A program made the position numbers and the translations under genes. The notes under the pieces were generated by a model. The model worked only from the letters and a program-made list of their open reading frames with translations, was not told the origin of the DNA and made no database searches. Positions 34,693 to 49,200 of a stretch of DNA of 64,000 bases are shown here, piece after piece; positions within the stretch are counted from its first letter, which is position 1, and each line of letters starts with the position of its first letter. Origin of the DNA: Bispira polyomma (lineage: Eukaryota). The stretch spans positions 16,864,001 to 16,928,000 of the forward strand of contig OZ287756.1 in NCBI GenBank assembly GCA_965649765.1. The letters are read 5' to 3'.

Positions 34693-37600
34693 AGCAGTAA
34701 CAAGTTGCTTGTACATGTATCGAAGAGTCATTCAGTGACACTGGCTAATTGTAATTTTGCATTGTTTCGTGGAAATAACTTAAGTCATGATAATACAGGT
34801 TGCATTAATAAATTTCACTATTGTGGAACTTTGTCTATAATTTCTCTAGCATTGACATAATTTTAGGTAACATGTAGTGAGGGGAGTGTATGGTATGAAA
34901 TATACAGCAAGTGGAATACAATTACTAATATATATATATATATATATAAACAGACCAACACCCTAACCACTAGACCACGGGGGATTTTACAATGAACTGC
35001 TTATGCCAATATAATACGCATTTGTTTAAAGTGGCATTATACTGAATATAAACAAAAATCTACATTGGTAAATTTGGCATTTTTAAATTGCATTTTAAAT
35101 CTCTAATCTAAATGTAACTAAATTATCCCTCTCCCTACTTCGTCATGACCTCATGGCCAAAGATATGATGTTTTCACACCTGTTTTTTGGCTAGTTCGTT
35201 TATTGTTATTTATATTAACATGGTTTACACAATTTGGTGGTATCATGGGGCATGGTCCCAGGAAGACTCCGTCAAACTTTGAGTTTAGTTTGTGTTTAGT
35301 GTCATATTGGGGTGAGCAGATAACTGGTTGAGGGACTAAGGGCAAGTTAGTTGGTCAAAGTTTTCTGCTCTACAGACTACCAACGTAGATACCGCTGAGT
35401 TTCCCACAAATATGTCAGGGCTGAGTTTTCAATCCATCAGAGCAGAAGTGGGAGGCGACTGTGTTATCACTACAACACCTGTACCCATTACATTTTGGAG
35501 CAGATGAGAATAGAAGGGTGACTCCGGGATTTTTTGTTTACCTTTTTTTGCCTCTGCTGAATGCCCTCTTTGTAGGCCACTTGTAGTAATAGTAAAATGT
35601 TCTGCAATATATGTCGTGTGGATTTCTACATGTCCTTCTTTTGCTGAAGGTTCACACGGTCAATGAACCTTGAAGTGGTGCACTTTGTTATAACAAAGCA
35701 AATACTGTGAGTAGTACATTTATATTTAGGATTATAATAAGGATATTTGTGTGGCTGACATTGTTGATTCTGCCCAAATTGGCCCCTCACCACCCCTGAA
35801 GGTAACGAATCAAATTTGTCTTTACAAGTATGTGATAGAAATTACTTCTACAAGGTTTCTGGCTTCATTCTGCATATCAATTATGCAGCTGCAATAGTGT
35901 AGTGCTTGGTGAAAGTCCATGTATCAACACCCAGTTCTTCAAGGTGATTAACGTGACGGGTATTGTGCCAAAAAGTATGAGTAAGATAATAGTGTGTCAA
36001 TAACCCACTCGAACATTCCAGAATCCAGTATGAACATCAACGATTATATATGGCATGCAACATTGGTGTGAGTAATATGCTTAGTGCTGCATTTGCTTAT
36101 ACATGTATACATCCTGGTTAATATCCCATTCCATTTTTAAAGGCCATTCTTTACAGGGATGTTAATTTCTGCTTTTTTTTAAGTTAAGCAAATTATGATC
36201 AAGTTGAGTTTCATATCATAATTTTACGATTTAGGAAGATATCCTGTATTTAGAAATTGGTTCCTTGATTTAACAGATTTCGGGGAATCTGTTCTGGCTT
36301 TTTACAAGAGAAAACAAAACCAATCAATAATTATTCAACATATTAGCCCCCAAAAATTTAAATTATTTGATTATATTTATTTCCATATGTAACCTATTGA
36401 ACAAAACATAAAAATGGAGATGAATGTTTTAACGTCAAGATGTTTCAAGATGGGTAGTTTATTGGTGGCAATAAGCCGTGTAGAAAATTACCCGTCTTCA
36501 GCAAGTCTACTGGCAAATTTGCATTTATGGTATGTGGCCCACATGTTGCAGAAGCCGAATTTGAAGGTGGGACATATCTTTAAAATAATGGTAACCATAA
36601 ATAGGCCATGTGAAAAGAACAAGGCCCCAAATAAATTTGAATATCTTCCAAGTTTGTGAATGCAGAAAAACCATCAATTAGGACCAGCACACTGACAATA
36701 CATTCCCTCGATAACCCACAGTGTCAATACAACTTTTAGAGATCCTTTACTACTTCCTTATTAGATACTGGCAATAGTCTGTTGGCGTGTTGACATTTTA
36801 TATACCCCCTGGGGCCCTCTAAAGCCCAGATCACACATAGAAGGATCACAGTGAAAGAAGGTCACAAACTTAAATCTGTGTATGTCAACCATGGTAAAGC
36901 CATTAGGGAAATGTTAATTGTATGTTCTTGTACATCTAGAATTTGTTCTTCCACATTCACCTTTGCTCCATGATTGTTTGGAAATATTTAAAAGCTCCAT
37001 TGCCATGCAGCAAATGCATAGAAACCTACCATGAAATCTTCACTCTACTGCATGGAAACTGTAAAGGCTTCTTTGTCATTCTTCCCTTTTTGTATCCATT
37101 CTTGTATAAATATTCAGTGTAAATGTATTACTAGCCTAGAATTGGAAAGGTTAGCATGCAGGCATATATGTGTGTTCTTGAATAAACATCTGTACTTAAT
37201 CCATGCAAGCTTTGCCAAAATTACTGTAAGCTCTCAGTAAAACCATGAGTCTTGGAAATCCATAACTGGTGCCGTGGTGATTCTTTCTATGTGTGTGAGC
37301 ATTAAAAAAATAGTTATGTAAAATGTACTTGGGTGAATTAACAGAATGAACTCTTGGAAATCCCAAATAGAAATGTTCTTAACAGCTGAGCAGTACCAAT
37401 ACAAAAAAACTTGAAGAGTACTACATATGTATGATATCAGTGTAGTTTTTTAATATTTAATAAATCATATGTTGCGAGAAGGCTCTATAATATTTTTTTT
37501 TATTTTGACTGATTGTTTTTCTCCAATGAAATATTGTTCAGTAAAAATAAATCAAATGCAGATTATTGGGCCTTAATAAAGGCTAAGTCTCAGTTATTAA

Positions 37601-38089
37601 ATATGCCGTTGATACAGGCAATCTTATTTTATGATGAGGGATCATAAGAGCATCTTTTATTGCTAAATATATAGCTTTTGGAAAAATAACTAATTACCAC
37701 AAGCTGAGTGGTATTCAAAGGGGGTGATAGAAGAGCCAGTTGACATAAGCAGAGCTAAGTAGATTGACATATTTCAGGTACTTTATACTCAATTGACTTA
37801 GTTATGTATAGCCTTTGTAATTTAAGGAGGTCAGGCTGCTCACCTCCAGAAGACCACCAATTTATTTTAATTGCTTCGGCCTAGTTATTTACTCTGCGAA
37901 TGCTCAGAGAGCAGGCAAATATGTTAATATGAAACAGTGTGGGTTTATTTTAGCCCCAAGTTAGTGTAATAATTTATAGTTTTAAGGTGACTGTGAATTA
38001 CAGAAACGTATCACAAAAAGTATTGAAATAAAGAATTGTGAAACTGTATTTAATTTTTAAAAATGTACGGGTGTAGGTTCATAGTATGA

Positions 38090-38372
38090 TATTACCCCTA
38101 GTGAGGTCTCATCCGACTTCATAGTTTACACTCCCAGCCTGGGTTCTTCAACTTGTTAACCAATCGTCCACTCTGAGGAAGCATACTAACCATGCTGCCA
38201 CATAAGGCACAAAGACTAACACCCATTAGTAGCCAGGTGCCAATTTACACGCCTGGTTGAAAAGCGACAACTTTGTGTAATATACCTTGCCCATGGGTAT
38301 AATCTCCAGACCAGCAGCAATGATTAAACCTTAGACCCGATGATTCAAAGTGGAACACTTTACTCACTAGGC
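38090..38372 (-). mobile_element. Old CORE-like SINE
   Basis: Minus strand reads CCCATGGGCAAGGTATATTACACA...TCAACCAGGCGTGTAAATTGGCACCTGG, resembling the CORE domain, behind a decayed tRNA head. Confidence 0.55.
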
Positions 38373-38589
38373 TTAATAAGTCACTTTGGTAACTAGCTAA
38401 ACACCTTAATAAAAATGTTAGTGTGATTTCTGTACAAACTTTAGTCACAATAAAATAGTAACAAATTGCACTATTTTTCAAATTATCAGTTGATAATAGC
38501 TGAACTGTTCTCTTCTCATAGTTATAATTGCACTTAAATTGACCAATATATTTTAACCCATGATAGGATAGTATATAATACTCCTGTTA

Positions 38590-41547
38590 CAGTATGCCGA
38601 TCAAAGCTCCCAACTGTTAGGATTATGGGATCCTTATATATATCCTCTCATTCATGTCCATTCCTCGCCTGGAGAAGGGTTTCGCGTGTTTAAGGCAAAG
38701 GGTTTATCTCCAAGGATGAATTAGGGAACGGGGAGGGGGGGATCTGAAGGGGCTAATGGGTTCAGGGGGAATGTTGATGGAGCGATCTTCTATCTTCTCA
38801 TTCAGTTTAAATCTGTTAAAAATCTTGGAGCTTGAACCGAAGTTGACCCATAGGAAACAGTAATCCATGTCTACTAGGACAAGTATGACGATCGAGTGAA
38901 TCCCTTGTAGTTGATGTACTCGCTCCCACCTTTTCACAGGCATCTAATAGCAATGTGCTTGTCGTCTATGGCCCTCTAAAAATTTGGAACATTACACGTA
39001 TTTCTAAAGACAGGCTTAACCTTCTTCCAGTCCTCAGAGGTGGTAGGGCATATGAGAAATTCTTCCTGGTACTTATCTATGATGGCCTGTCAAACCTTCT
39101 GCACAAACTTGTTGATGTTAATGTTAATGTTTTTAGTTTTATAGTGCCACAATTGATGACCAGGCATCCTCTGTGGCGCATATCCTAATCAGTGTGCAAA
39201 AAGATAGACTGGTAGACAGAAAACGGTTGGTGATCAGAGTTCAGTCCTGACCAGCGGATGAATGCTAGGGTGGCAAATCGAGCTGGTACAGATGTGTTTT
39301 GAGCTTTTTTCTGAAACCTGTGATGCTTGTCTCAATCCGAAGACTAGTAGGGAGGCTGTTCCACTCAGCAGGTGCTACTCTAAAAATGATTTTGAACCAG
39401 CTGATTTTTTGGGTAAGAAACCTGAGGTGGAGAGATGATTACATTTTGTTAGATTGCTAAGAGACAGCATGGATGATAATTAGGCATGTTGATGTACATG
39501 TACTGTCGTAAAAATAAGGATAATTACCTTAAATTAAACACAGAACTTAATAGGTAGCCAATGTAATTGTTTAAGGAGGGGGGATGTGTGTGAGTGCGAG
39601 GGCCAGCATGGCTTACTATTCCGCACAGGTTTTTTTAATTTCTGTAGCTTGTTTATTTAGCCCTGTCCAATTCCATATAGTAGTGAGTTGCAGTAATCTA
39701 GCCGACTTTATACCAGGTCATTTGCCACTGCAATGGCATTTTCTAGAGTTAAATGCCGTTGAATCCTAAGAAAGTCACAGATGTTGCAGTAGCCGGAACG
39801 ACAGATATTGGAGACATATTTTTTGAAGGAGAAGTCAGAGTCAAAAGTGACACTTAGGTTCTTCGCACTGTCAGCAATGAGAGTAGTAGGAAAGAAGTCG
39901 AGGACCTTTTTATTTTGATGTTTGGAACAGATAAGCAGGAATTCATTTTTTTTTAGGGTTGTGTTTCAATTTTGAATTACTCATCCAAGATTCAATCGAA
40001 TTCAGGCAGCTAGAAAGCTGTTCTAGGATTGAGGGAGCAGTAGATCTGTGTGTCATCTGCATAGAAGTGATAGCTGATATTGTGGTCTAAGGATATTTTA
40101 TTTTCAAAGGGAGTAGTTTACAGTGAAAACAGAAGAGACCCAAGGAACAAACCTTGAGGGACACCGAACGGGAGATTAAAAGGAGATGACTTAGCTCTGT
40201 TGACCCTGATGATCTGATCACGGCATTCCAGATAGGATTCAATCTGTTAAAGAACTGAAGTCTGATAGCACGAACCAAGTATTTAGGCATTCAGAAAGTA
40301 CCTTGTGGTCAATTGTTTCAAACGCAGCAGACAAATCAAGTAGAGTAAGGGCAACTACATCATCCCTGTCCAAGATCATATTGATGTCACTGCAAATTTT
40401 TAGAAGTGCTGTTTCCATTGAATGGTATTTTCTGTAGGCTGACTGGTGTGTATTTTCCCTAATGGTTGGTGCGTAAGGGTTCATTTATTTGGAGAGCAAC
40501 GGCTTTTTCAATCAATTTAGAGACAAAGCTTAGATTTGACACTGGTCTGTAATTTTTAAGGCTATTTCTGTTTAGATTTGACTTTTTGAGTATAGGGGTT
40601 ACATTGATGGTTGACCTGCCCACTACAAAAGAGTACTGCAGTGATGTGTATGACTCCCCAGTAGCCAAATGCCTCAAAGTGATAGCTATCTTGAATCCAG
40701 GGGAAAGTGGCTTCCTGTACCAGGTGGTCTGTTTCTGTACCCTGTTCTCCACCCCTCCTCTCTATCTCCAGGAACACACCAGGTGTCATCCTGAGGAGGT
40801 TGTCATACTACTAGACATGTTCCAACTCCACGAGTGGCATAAGTGCTGTGTAGTGTTCATATCATTCCCTCCCCTCAGCCATGGCTTGACCCAGAACCTT
40901 TTCCTTGCTCCCCTCTTCAGGCCAACTTTCCCTGAGTTTTTGTGTCTCTGTGCCTCCCATTGATTTCTTAATCTTCTTTTACTTCCTTCTAATTATATAA
41001 CAACCATTACTTGAACTTGCATGTACAGGCAATTACAGCCCTAAGTGCTGTTCCAATATTTATAATACCTTCTGGTATCATCTTTCGTACTTGACTTCTC
41101 AATTATAACTGTCTGAATACAAGTTCTCTGCCCCCTTTTATCGCATGTAGTGGCATATCTTGAGGTTTCAAAGCCCCCAAATTTTTATTGCCCAGGATTT
41201 GGTTGGGATCAGTCACTTGAAGGCGCCAAGTTATCTTTGTGTACGAGTTGGTTGGGGTGTTCTAACTACTTATTTTTTGGATCGTAACTGGCTGCAACAA
41301 CTTACCTTTTTCAATCAGGGAGGTCAGGGGCAAAAATATGTGATCCTGGAGTCTAATCACATCAATTTACCTAACCTTCTGTGGCTTACTAACGAGTTAT
41401 CTCTTTGGTCCTTGCACAATACGAATATAATTGGACGCATTTTTTCTTACACTTTTTGAAACCAATCAGGACAAATTGCCCACGATTGACCCTGATCATA
41501 TAATCGGTCCATCTCCCTGACTAGTCTTGATAGTGGAACAATACCAT
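38590..41547 (-). mobile_element. Harbinger (HARBI1-like DDE) transposon remnant, split by an L2 insertion
   Basis: WVKPWL, NLLRMTPGVF, KIAITLRHLATGESYTSLQYSFVVGRSTI | NKFV...AIDDKHIAI, YINYKG, VLVDMDYCFLWV. TIR-like end ...GTGGAACAATACCA|TTAA near 41547. Confidence 0.85.
39118..40603 (-). mobile_element. 5'-truncated L2 LINE inserted in the Harbinger transposase
   Basis: 6-bp TSD TTGATG (39112-39117 and 40604-40609). Encodes KNYRPVSNLSFVSKLIEK, QSAYRKYHSMETAL, LLDLSAAFETIDH and FYADDT. (CATTAA)n tail. Confidence 0.88.
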
Positions 41548-41994
41548 TAACAGTGATATGTGTGACCTATGTATTATAAACTATTATAGGTAATTTCTAA
41601 TTTCTTTAAATCTCTACTACAAACACTAACACATCAACAAATATTCTGGTATTGAAAACTCTGCAATGAGTGAAATATATTCCTTTAAGTGTTAAACATT
41701 ACCCAATAGATTCACAGAAACAAAAAACGTGCCTCAGCTGTTTTTTATTTAAGATGCCAATACTGTCGTCTTGAGAGTTGAGAATTTCCCACCAGTTCCC
41801 CAACCTGTTAGAAAATGGCACTGCAAAGCCCATCAACTAAGTAAATGGGCCAAAAGCTCACACCACATTTTGTCAGTTGAACATATAACCATCTCTTTAG
41901 CCTTGCTTAAGTCTCATGTTTGTCAGAAATTCTCATTCAGTTTGGAACCAATTTAAATGTTGTACATGTTTAACTTTAGAAAAAAATTTAATTA

Positions 41995-42456
41995 AGGCTT
42001 GGTCACACTGGGTTTACATTTACGTTTATTTCATTTTTAGAAATGTAAGCAAAACAATAATAAACAAACTGAAATTGGGGAAACTGTTTGCGATGTTAGC
42101 CACATCTTTAGATAGGTCCCATATGATTTTCTAATGCATTTTATTACATTTCGAAACATTAGTGCCGTCTTGTACGTTCATATAGGCATTAATGACATGT
42201 CAGATTTGTCCTATGTTTTCCCCGAACGCAGAAACCGTTTTAGTGGAGATTGTCAAAAACAGCTATAAATGCAGCATATTTTCATGCAGCTCAAAATAAT
42301 AAATTTTTTCTTTGTTTGTCTTATGTTTTATTTACGCAAGCATACATTTATATACATTCAATAAGTTAATTTCATTATAAGTTATTATTCATGTTTCGCC
42401 TTCCATTTGCTCATTTTTGTGTGCAATTAAAACAACAAGCCAGTGTGAGTGGGCCA
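41995..42456. mobile_element. Harbinger-type MITE (GGTCACACTG TIR family); related left end at ~57411
   Basis: AGGCTTGGTCACACTGG / CCAGTGTGAGTGGGCCA with TWA flanks. Confidence 0.6.
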
Positions 42457-43612
42457 TAAGTACATGGTCCAAAAGTAGTTACATACATGCAACCTGTAGG
42501 GCTCTAACTGTCATCACAGTACTCTATATAATGTCCACCACCACCACCAACATAAACTCATCGACTGTAACGCTGACCTATGGCAAGTAGTAAGTTTTGA
42601 GAATTTATATCCACACGCTAGCTCTCCTTATAGGTGAAAGACCAGTGGTTTTATAGTAGATGCTTATGACCAACAGAAACCCTGGAATTTGAATTTATTT
42701 GGGTTTTACATTATTGTTAACAGTTTAGATCGTGGTTTTCTGTGGCGTAGTGGTTAGGGAGGTGATCAGGTGACCAGAAAGTCCCCGGTTCAACTCGGAG
42801 TGGTGAGGAGTTGGTCAGGTAAATGAAAGGTTTTTGACTCCTGCTAATGACGCTGGGAACACGCCATTGCCTACTGATGACGATCTAGGCCAACTAATAC
42901 AATACAATTTCTTGGTGGAGTAAACCAATGCAGAAACACTGAAAACCACTGTCTTACAGCAACAAAAACATATCTTCTCATATGCAGTACCCCACACTGG
43001 GGAATAGTTTTACTAATGATATTCAATTTGTTCCTTCCCTTTATATTGTCCATCTGTAGTTGTAAACTAAAACCTCTTTGTCTCATATTAGTTTCACCTT
43101 ACTAATCGTGACATCTCAAAAGGAACAACCCCCTTTTCTCTTTGAAATAACTAAACGATTACGAACAACCCTGGTGAATTATTGAACCTCAGAAGTCATG
43201 TGTGTCAGATATATCGTGCACAGTGTGAGCACTTCTATGTGTCAGATGTACACAGCAAATGACATCAGATACTTGGCACAAGCTTAGGAAATTTTTTTGG
43301 TCATGAAGCAAATAAAACCCTGACACATTTGGCCAGATTTTGGGGTATTTTTGAGCAATATGTATTGTTAAAAACTTAATTCCAATGAAATTTGACGGAC
43401 AGAAACATATTTTTATCAGCTGCATAAAATAATAAATCGGTTGACGTCTAACAAAAAAACTGATCGGCCCATATAAAATAAACCGAAGTCAGGATCTGCG
43501 ACATTGAAGCCTAGGCTTACGGAATAGAATATAACTGTATTGCCTACTTTCTCAGAGCTTTAGGATGAATCGGCTTTAATATAAACTCCATATTTCACGA
43601 TGGCCATATATA

Positions 43613-44010
43613 TGTCATCGTAGAAAGTCCAATCTGGTAAAATTTGAAATTCTACCGGTAGAAAGTCCAATTGGAGTTTCTACCTGTAGAAAGTCCAATT
43701 GGAAAATTTAAAGAAATAAAAAGAAAACACAACCTGTGATTTATGTTTTATTGTTTTTAAAAAATGCAGTACATTGCAATATACTAAAACATATCTTGAC
43801 TTTTTATGATGTTTGCATATTTTTTTGTATTACATACTTTTATAGAGTACATTTTGGCAACAATTGCATGAACTATTTTGTAATATTAATGCTCTGGAAA
43901 ACAACAAGATTCCCAGTGTTGTTATTCTGATTACTGACATATTTAACTCCAATTGGACTTTCTACCAGTAGAATTTCAAATTCTACCAGATTGGACTTTC
44001 TACCATGACA
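43613..44010. mobile_element. Foldback MITE with ~65-bp near-perfect TIRs
   Basis: TGTCATCGTAGAAAGTCCAATCTGGTA...TTGGAGTT / AACTCCAA...GATTGGACTTTCTACCATGACA, with TATA on both sides and subterminal repeats of GTAGAAAGTCCAAT. Confidence 0.85.
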
Positions 44011-45466
44011 TATACATTCATTTGCACTTGCAGTTTGTCCCTACATTTAAAGGGAGACTGTTTTGAACAATGTTAACAAAGACCTGCACAAACCCATGTT
44101 CCACCAAAACTGCTCTCATAGTTTCGTGTCCATTTCATCCACACAAATAATTTAATTGGGTTATATAACTTTAGCTGAAAGTTTGATATATGGTATTCAA
44201 GGCAAAATAGAGCAAAGTAGTTGGACGTGTTTTCACCATTGTGCAGAACTTTGATAACAACTTGGTTACTAGGCAAACTCTAAAGTATGCGACTTTACAA
44301 TAGCAGGCTTAAGGCTGTTATGTCGGCCATCTTGTATTCAGTGTTGACAGACAGTTTCTGGAGTGAAAAAATTTTGTATCAATGAAATCAATAAAAAAAT
44401 AAGAATGTGCTTTATATTCCAGTACTTCCTCTGATTCTATTGTGTTTGTTTCCTGGAAGCTAATCATTTGTTACTACTATTTTACTCAAACTTAAGGGTA
44501 ATCCACAGCTACATGTAGTTTAAGTTTTACTCAATGAAATTTTTAAAGAAAGACAAACTAGTTATCAACTATTTTCTAGTGTTTTTGATGAACCTTTACA
44601 TTTCCTAGTATTCTAGATCTGTATAACGCTTGGCGTATAAATGATTGACACTTACTAGACGTACATGTACTATGAATACAGTTAGTTTGAAAATGCCTCA
44701 AGCTTAAAATTAGTTAATGTCAATAAAAAAACCTAAGAAAGCAGCAACATCCAATAGAAAAAGCCATTGATTGATAAACCTCCGCCAACTTGTAGTGAAT
44801 GTAAAGCCAATGAACGACTCCAGGTTCTCTTTTTCTAATTCTGGTAAACTTGATTATCTCTTTGTTATGGGAGGAAGTCGTGGTCCCTTTGTGTTCATAG
44901 CATCATCGATATCATTCTCCACAATTCAGAGAAAGCCCTCCATTGGCACCGAGGACTGAACAACACCAACTGATGCAATGAAACAGAAAATTATATAATG
45001 AACATGTCAAAGCATAGAGGGCGGGGAGGGGTGTTTTTATACATTTGTGGGAGATGGATGAACAAGTTTAGCCAATAACACATTTTGGATTCCAATAGGT
45101 GCCTGGAACACTTCTTTGCAGACATTTAGACATTCCATCTGAAGATATATAATAGTTTATGAGACATCTGTATTGTTATACTGTTTTACTTTATTTTTCA
45201 GTAGACTTATTTGTCATGTATAATAAAATTATGACGCCATTTTGTCGCTCAAACCATGTATGGGACAATGGCAACAGCTAGTTATTATTGTAATATCGGG
45301 TATTTACACAGTGCAATACCATACACAAGCTATGGTCTATGTGCATAACATATACAATAACACCTGCTTGAGACACCACCCACTTGCTTTCAGAGCCGAC
45401 CATCTGCGGAAGTTTCGAACATGTTCAAAAAATAATTCTGGCTGTAGCTCCCGTTGTTGCAGTTTA

Positions 45467-46059
45467 AAGCCTGGTCACACCTACACGTGCTGGAGCTACG
45501 TGTGTGTGACGCTTTTAACTGTTCTAATAGCTAGTAGACGGTAATACAAAAGTGAGGAACTCACTGTGTTAGTTTTTTGACGTTTGTTAACAGATGATAT
45601 CATTCGGGAAAAGTCTCCGTTTAGTTCACTGCCCCAATAACTTTAAACTGTTTGAAATAATCCTGGCAGAGCTCTCTGTTTCTTAAGAACATCTCTACTC
45701 ATCTGTATAAGTAGCTTAATGTAGCAGTAATTAGCAGTAAATAGTGAGATTGTCTCCACTCATCTGTATTCGTCGTGAACATTTCACTAGGTAGCTAAAC
45801 ACAGCAGAACAAAGCCATAAGTGGCATGTACAGTAGATCTACGTAGTAGTAGATAATTATATCCTACCAGTAAAGTGTTAGATTTTCGCCCTCGCTCCAT
45901 GTGTATAAGTACCAACATCGTCACGAAACTTTATGAAACGTCACAATCGACTGCACTTTTTTGAAAATGACATCACTTTGACATGAAACTATTATGTTTT
46001 AATTTTATATTGCTTTGCTTCGTTGTGGGACGTTAGCACATGTTGGTGTGACCAGGCCA
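45467..46059. mobile_element. Harbinger/PIF-type MITE, inverted copy of 30105-30737
   Basis: AAGCCTGGTCACACCTACAC / GTTGGTGTGACCAGGCCA with TTA TSD. Internal AGTACCAACATCGTCACGAAAC is the reverse complement of ~30235-30256. Confidence 0.85.
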
Positions 46060-47014
46060 TTATCCCTGTTTATGCCCAGTTTACACAAGTTTTACTCCAG
46101 TTCACACACATTCTCAGAACGGGTCGAACGGGGACCGAGAATGTGGACAGTGTGAATGCCACATTAGGTTATATCACAATGGGTAGATTCAATGGTGGAA
46201 GATATCAGTGCTAAAGCACTGTCTTAAAAACCGATCTACGTCAAGTATGTGACGAACTTTCCCACATGGAGTGATTTTTATATTAACAGCTTCCTGGTTA
46301 CAGAGTATTTAACTTTGGTGAATATTCAACGATATTAAAGGGAAATAATTACTGAATAATTTCAAATTCATTCCAAAAGCTAATTCATAAATAATCAGAA
46401 GCTATTTGTTTCAGGGTCTTTCTGTAATGTTTGGCTATCTTTGATTTGACAGGTAATCACCTAGTTCACCTATATTTTCAGAAAAATAGTTCAGAGCTGT
46501 TTTTATTTATACTGAAATGTCGGGCTATGATTGATGTTTAATTTAATATATGATTTGTAGGGCCAGCACTTTGCCGGACTTCAGTATAGTGCAAATATTA
46601 GTAGTGGTCTAATTCCATATGATATGAACCCACATTAATGAGATACCAATGATTGTGAAGGGGACAGAAACTAGACAAATTGGTGATTAGTAGTAAATTG
46701 GATCCCTAGTGTTCTCACATATGATTCTTCCATCAATGAACTTGGACATCGTATTACCTGACCTACAAAAAATAATGTACACATCCTGCAATGGACTCAA
46801 TCTCCAACCAGATCTAAATCATGCGTCGATTCTTATACCTCAACATGCTTTATCAACATTTAATGCTACAATTATGACTTCTCTTGAGAGGAAAAGGTTA
46901 TAAGAGTTTTTTTCCTTGTCTATCATAACAGGCTGTTATTACTATGAATATGTTCGCTACTTGCCTGTCTATTTGAATCTTTGTTATCTGTATACTGTTG
47001 TGTAATCAGCATAA

Positions 47015-47745
47015 AGAGGTTGTTCCACGTTCAAGTACGATCAGCAAAATGAGTCCGTTTTTGAGATCGGTGTGCTCGTGGCAAAAAAATCAATAATGTA
47101 ATATTTTGAGCAAGTAAATGAAAGTGTGGGCGACCTTCCAGATCAAACTGATTGAGTCCCGTTTTGACGGGACACCGACCACAATCAAACTTGTCCATAC
47201 AAAAACTGCCTCGGCCTCCCCGACCTAGGTTAGGATCGAACTTACTGGTAAAAGGAACTGATGTATCAACCGTATCAGCGATAGGATCGACCGTATCGGC
47301 GATAGAATCGACCATATCGGCGATAGGATCTGACAGATCTATACCCCTGTCACTCACAATCATACTTGCAATAATCAAGGTCAGGACTGCTATTTCAAAA
47401 TAACTGAAAAAAAATGGTGTTATATTCTTTCACACCATCCTGTTTGCTCAGTTTTCGCCCCAAACCTATACGTTAAAAGGGGCCAGTGTTGGGAAAGGCC
47501 TGGAGTGAGATAAGACCTAACACACAGAACGTATTGACAATAAGATTGAACTTATTCAGCGATGCTGACCTTGCCGTTTTTAGGGAAGAGCAAGTCTGGG
47601 GGACTTTTTGAAATATCAAAAATGTTCGATATTCTTTCTGACCTTCATCTTCGCCCTGTTTTCAACCCCCGGACCTATACAGACACGCCCCGGACCTCAA
47701 AATTAAGAAGGTCGGGAACCAAATTGGCATAGTCGAACCACCATT
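47015..47745. mobile_element. MITE, inverted copy of 33737-34411
   Basis: AAGGTCGGGAACCAAAT...AACCACCAT matches the reverse complement of 33737-33790. Confidence 0.8.
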
Positions 47746-48504
47746 TTAGTTTACTGTGGGCAAAGGAAATCATTGCTATTCATAAACCGATGAGATGTTT
47801 ATGAAAGCGGTAATATAAAACAAAAATGTCACACAAATCTACTACTCAGGAGTTGGCCTTTTTAAAAATGAATTTGATAACAATCTGGTACATGTCTAAT
47901 GTACATGTGTGTGCCCTAGCTCCATCAACCTGGTGATTGCAAGGTATATTGGACTAAAGGCTTGGCCACACCATATGATAATAAACCAGTTCATCTAGCA
48001 TGAAGAATGGTTTAAACTAAGCAGCAAGGACACTAAAGGTATCAGACCCTGTATTTAGAATGCATTGCATTAATGCAGTAGGGTTATAGGTTTATTATAA
48101 ATACAAGGAACTACACTTTGAACATGTATCTTTTGTGGAACAATATTTATCTGTATCACATTTAACTCCACATTTTTATTAAATCATATATCTGTGTTAC
48201 ATCTGACTCCTTATTTTTGTTGATTGTTTTCTTTAAAATCTCACAAATTTGTTCAAACTGAATTGAATGTTATAGGATATGGTAATTTTCTAGGATTTTA
48301 GTTGGGTTTTACATCACTTAAGATAAAGCTTAACCAGTGCTGAAGTATTCCGTAACCCACTGACCTATGGCAAATATCTGACAAACAACATCCACACAAA
48401 GGAACAAGTGTTATTCGAAAGCTATACATAATTCAAAATTCTTAGGGCTCTAGTTATAAGAGGAATGGAAATATTCTCTAAAACTTACCTAAAGGCGACG
48501 ACGA

Positions 48505-48760
48505 GGGGCCGCGGTGGCCTAGTGGTTAGCAAGCATTGCGCTTCACAATCACGGGTCTCTCACATCTGAGCGGCGTGAGTTCGATTCCTGTTGATGCCTA
48601 TGTGGGAAAGGTGGTAGTTCCTTACTGTGGGCCGCTGGTTTTAGTGCAGAACCTTGACCGACTGTATGCAGTGTTTCCTCCAGCGTTTCCAACTACCCGT
48701 CCCAATGTAACCTACTAAAAGGTACCAGAGTGGACGTTAAATATCCAAAATCAAATTCAA
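48505..48760 (+). mobile_element. Full-length tRNA-derived SINE (same family as 20193-20442)
   Basis: GGGGCCGCGGTGGCCTAGTGG...GAGTTCGATTCC...GACGTTAAATATCC(AAATC)n, flanked by the imperfect TSD ACCTAAAG..CGACGA. Confidence 0.88.
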
Positions 48761-49037
48761 ACCTAAAGACGACGAGTATATTTGGATAGATTAAATTATG
48801 CTGATTGGTTTTCAGTGTTAAAAAAAGCTACAAGTTTGAGTTACTATATAACAGCTACCTTTGTTTGTAAAAGATACTTTATCAGCATTATACCACCTGT
48901 CTGAATTACACTACTCTAGCAAAATTAAAGTTCACTGGGAATAAAACTTTGGTTATTACCTGTATTTGTTTTCAACTTTATCTGCCCTTATTCATACTGG
49001 TAAGTAACTGGCATTCCCCTACTTGATAACAGAAACC

Positions 49038-49200
49038 TGAGGTTGATCATTTATCAACGTCCTAAAGAATCTTCAGCCTGTCACTGGAGATATGACCCAA
49101 TGACAGAGGATTTTAAGTGGTCATTTGAGCCACTAAGTCTCTGCTTGTACTTAGGGGCCGCATCACTTGGATCGAACACAAGGTCCCATATACTTCTATG
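49038..49200 (-). mobile_element. Degenerate Nin/Deu-like SINE
   Basis: CATTTATCAACGTCC...GACAGAGGA..TTTAAGTGGTCATTTGAGCCACTA is the reverse complement of the 5177-5280 core. Confidence 0.6.

Noticed and set aside
40459-40752. Novel transposase-RT fusion gene
   Set aside because: Explained by an L2 insertion with TSD into a dead Harbinger transposase; both partners are disrupted.
44780-44960. Possible minus-strand exon (EGFL*IVENDIDDAMNTKGPRLPP...)
   Set aside because: All three frames contain stops, and I recognise no domain or partner exons.
30256-47403. ORFs at 30256-30697, 33678-33920, 34132-34527 and 47031-47403
   Set aside because: They lie in or straddle MITEs whose second copies do not preserve the reading frames.
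48505-48590. tRNA-like A/B boxes (also at ~20360-20442 and ~42742-42800)
   Set aside because: These are SINE heads. They continue into SINE-like bodies (with TSDs at 20193 and 48505) and do not close a cloverleaf.
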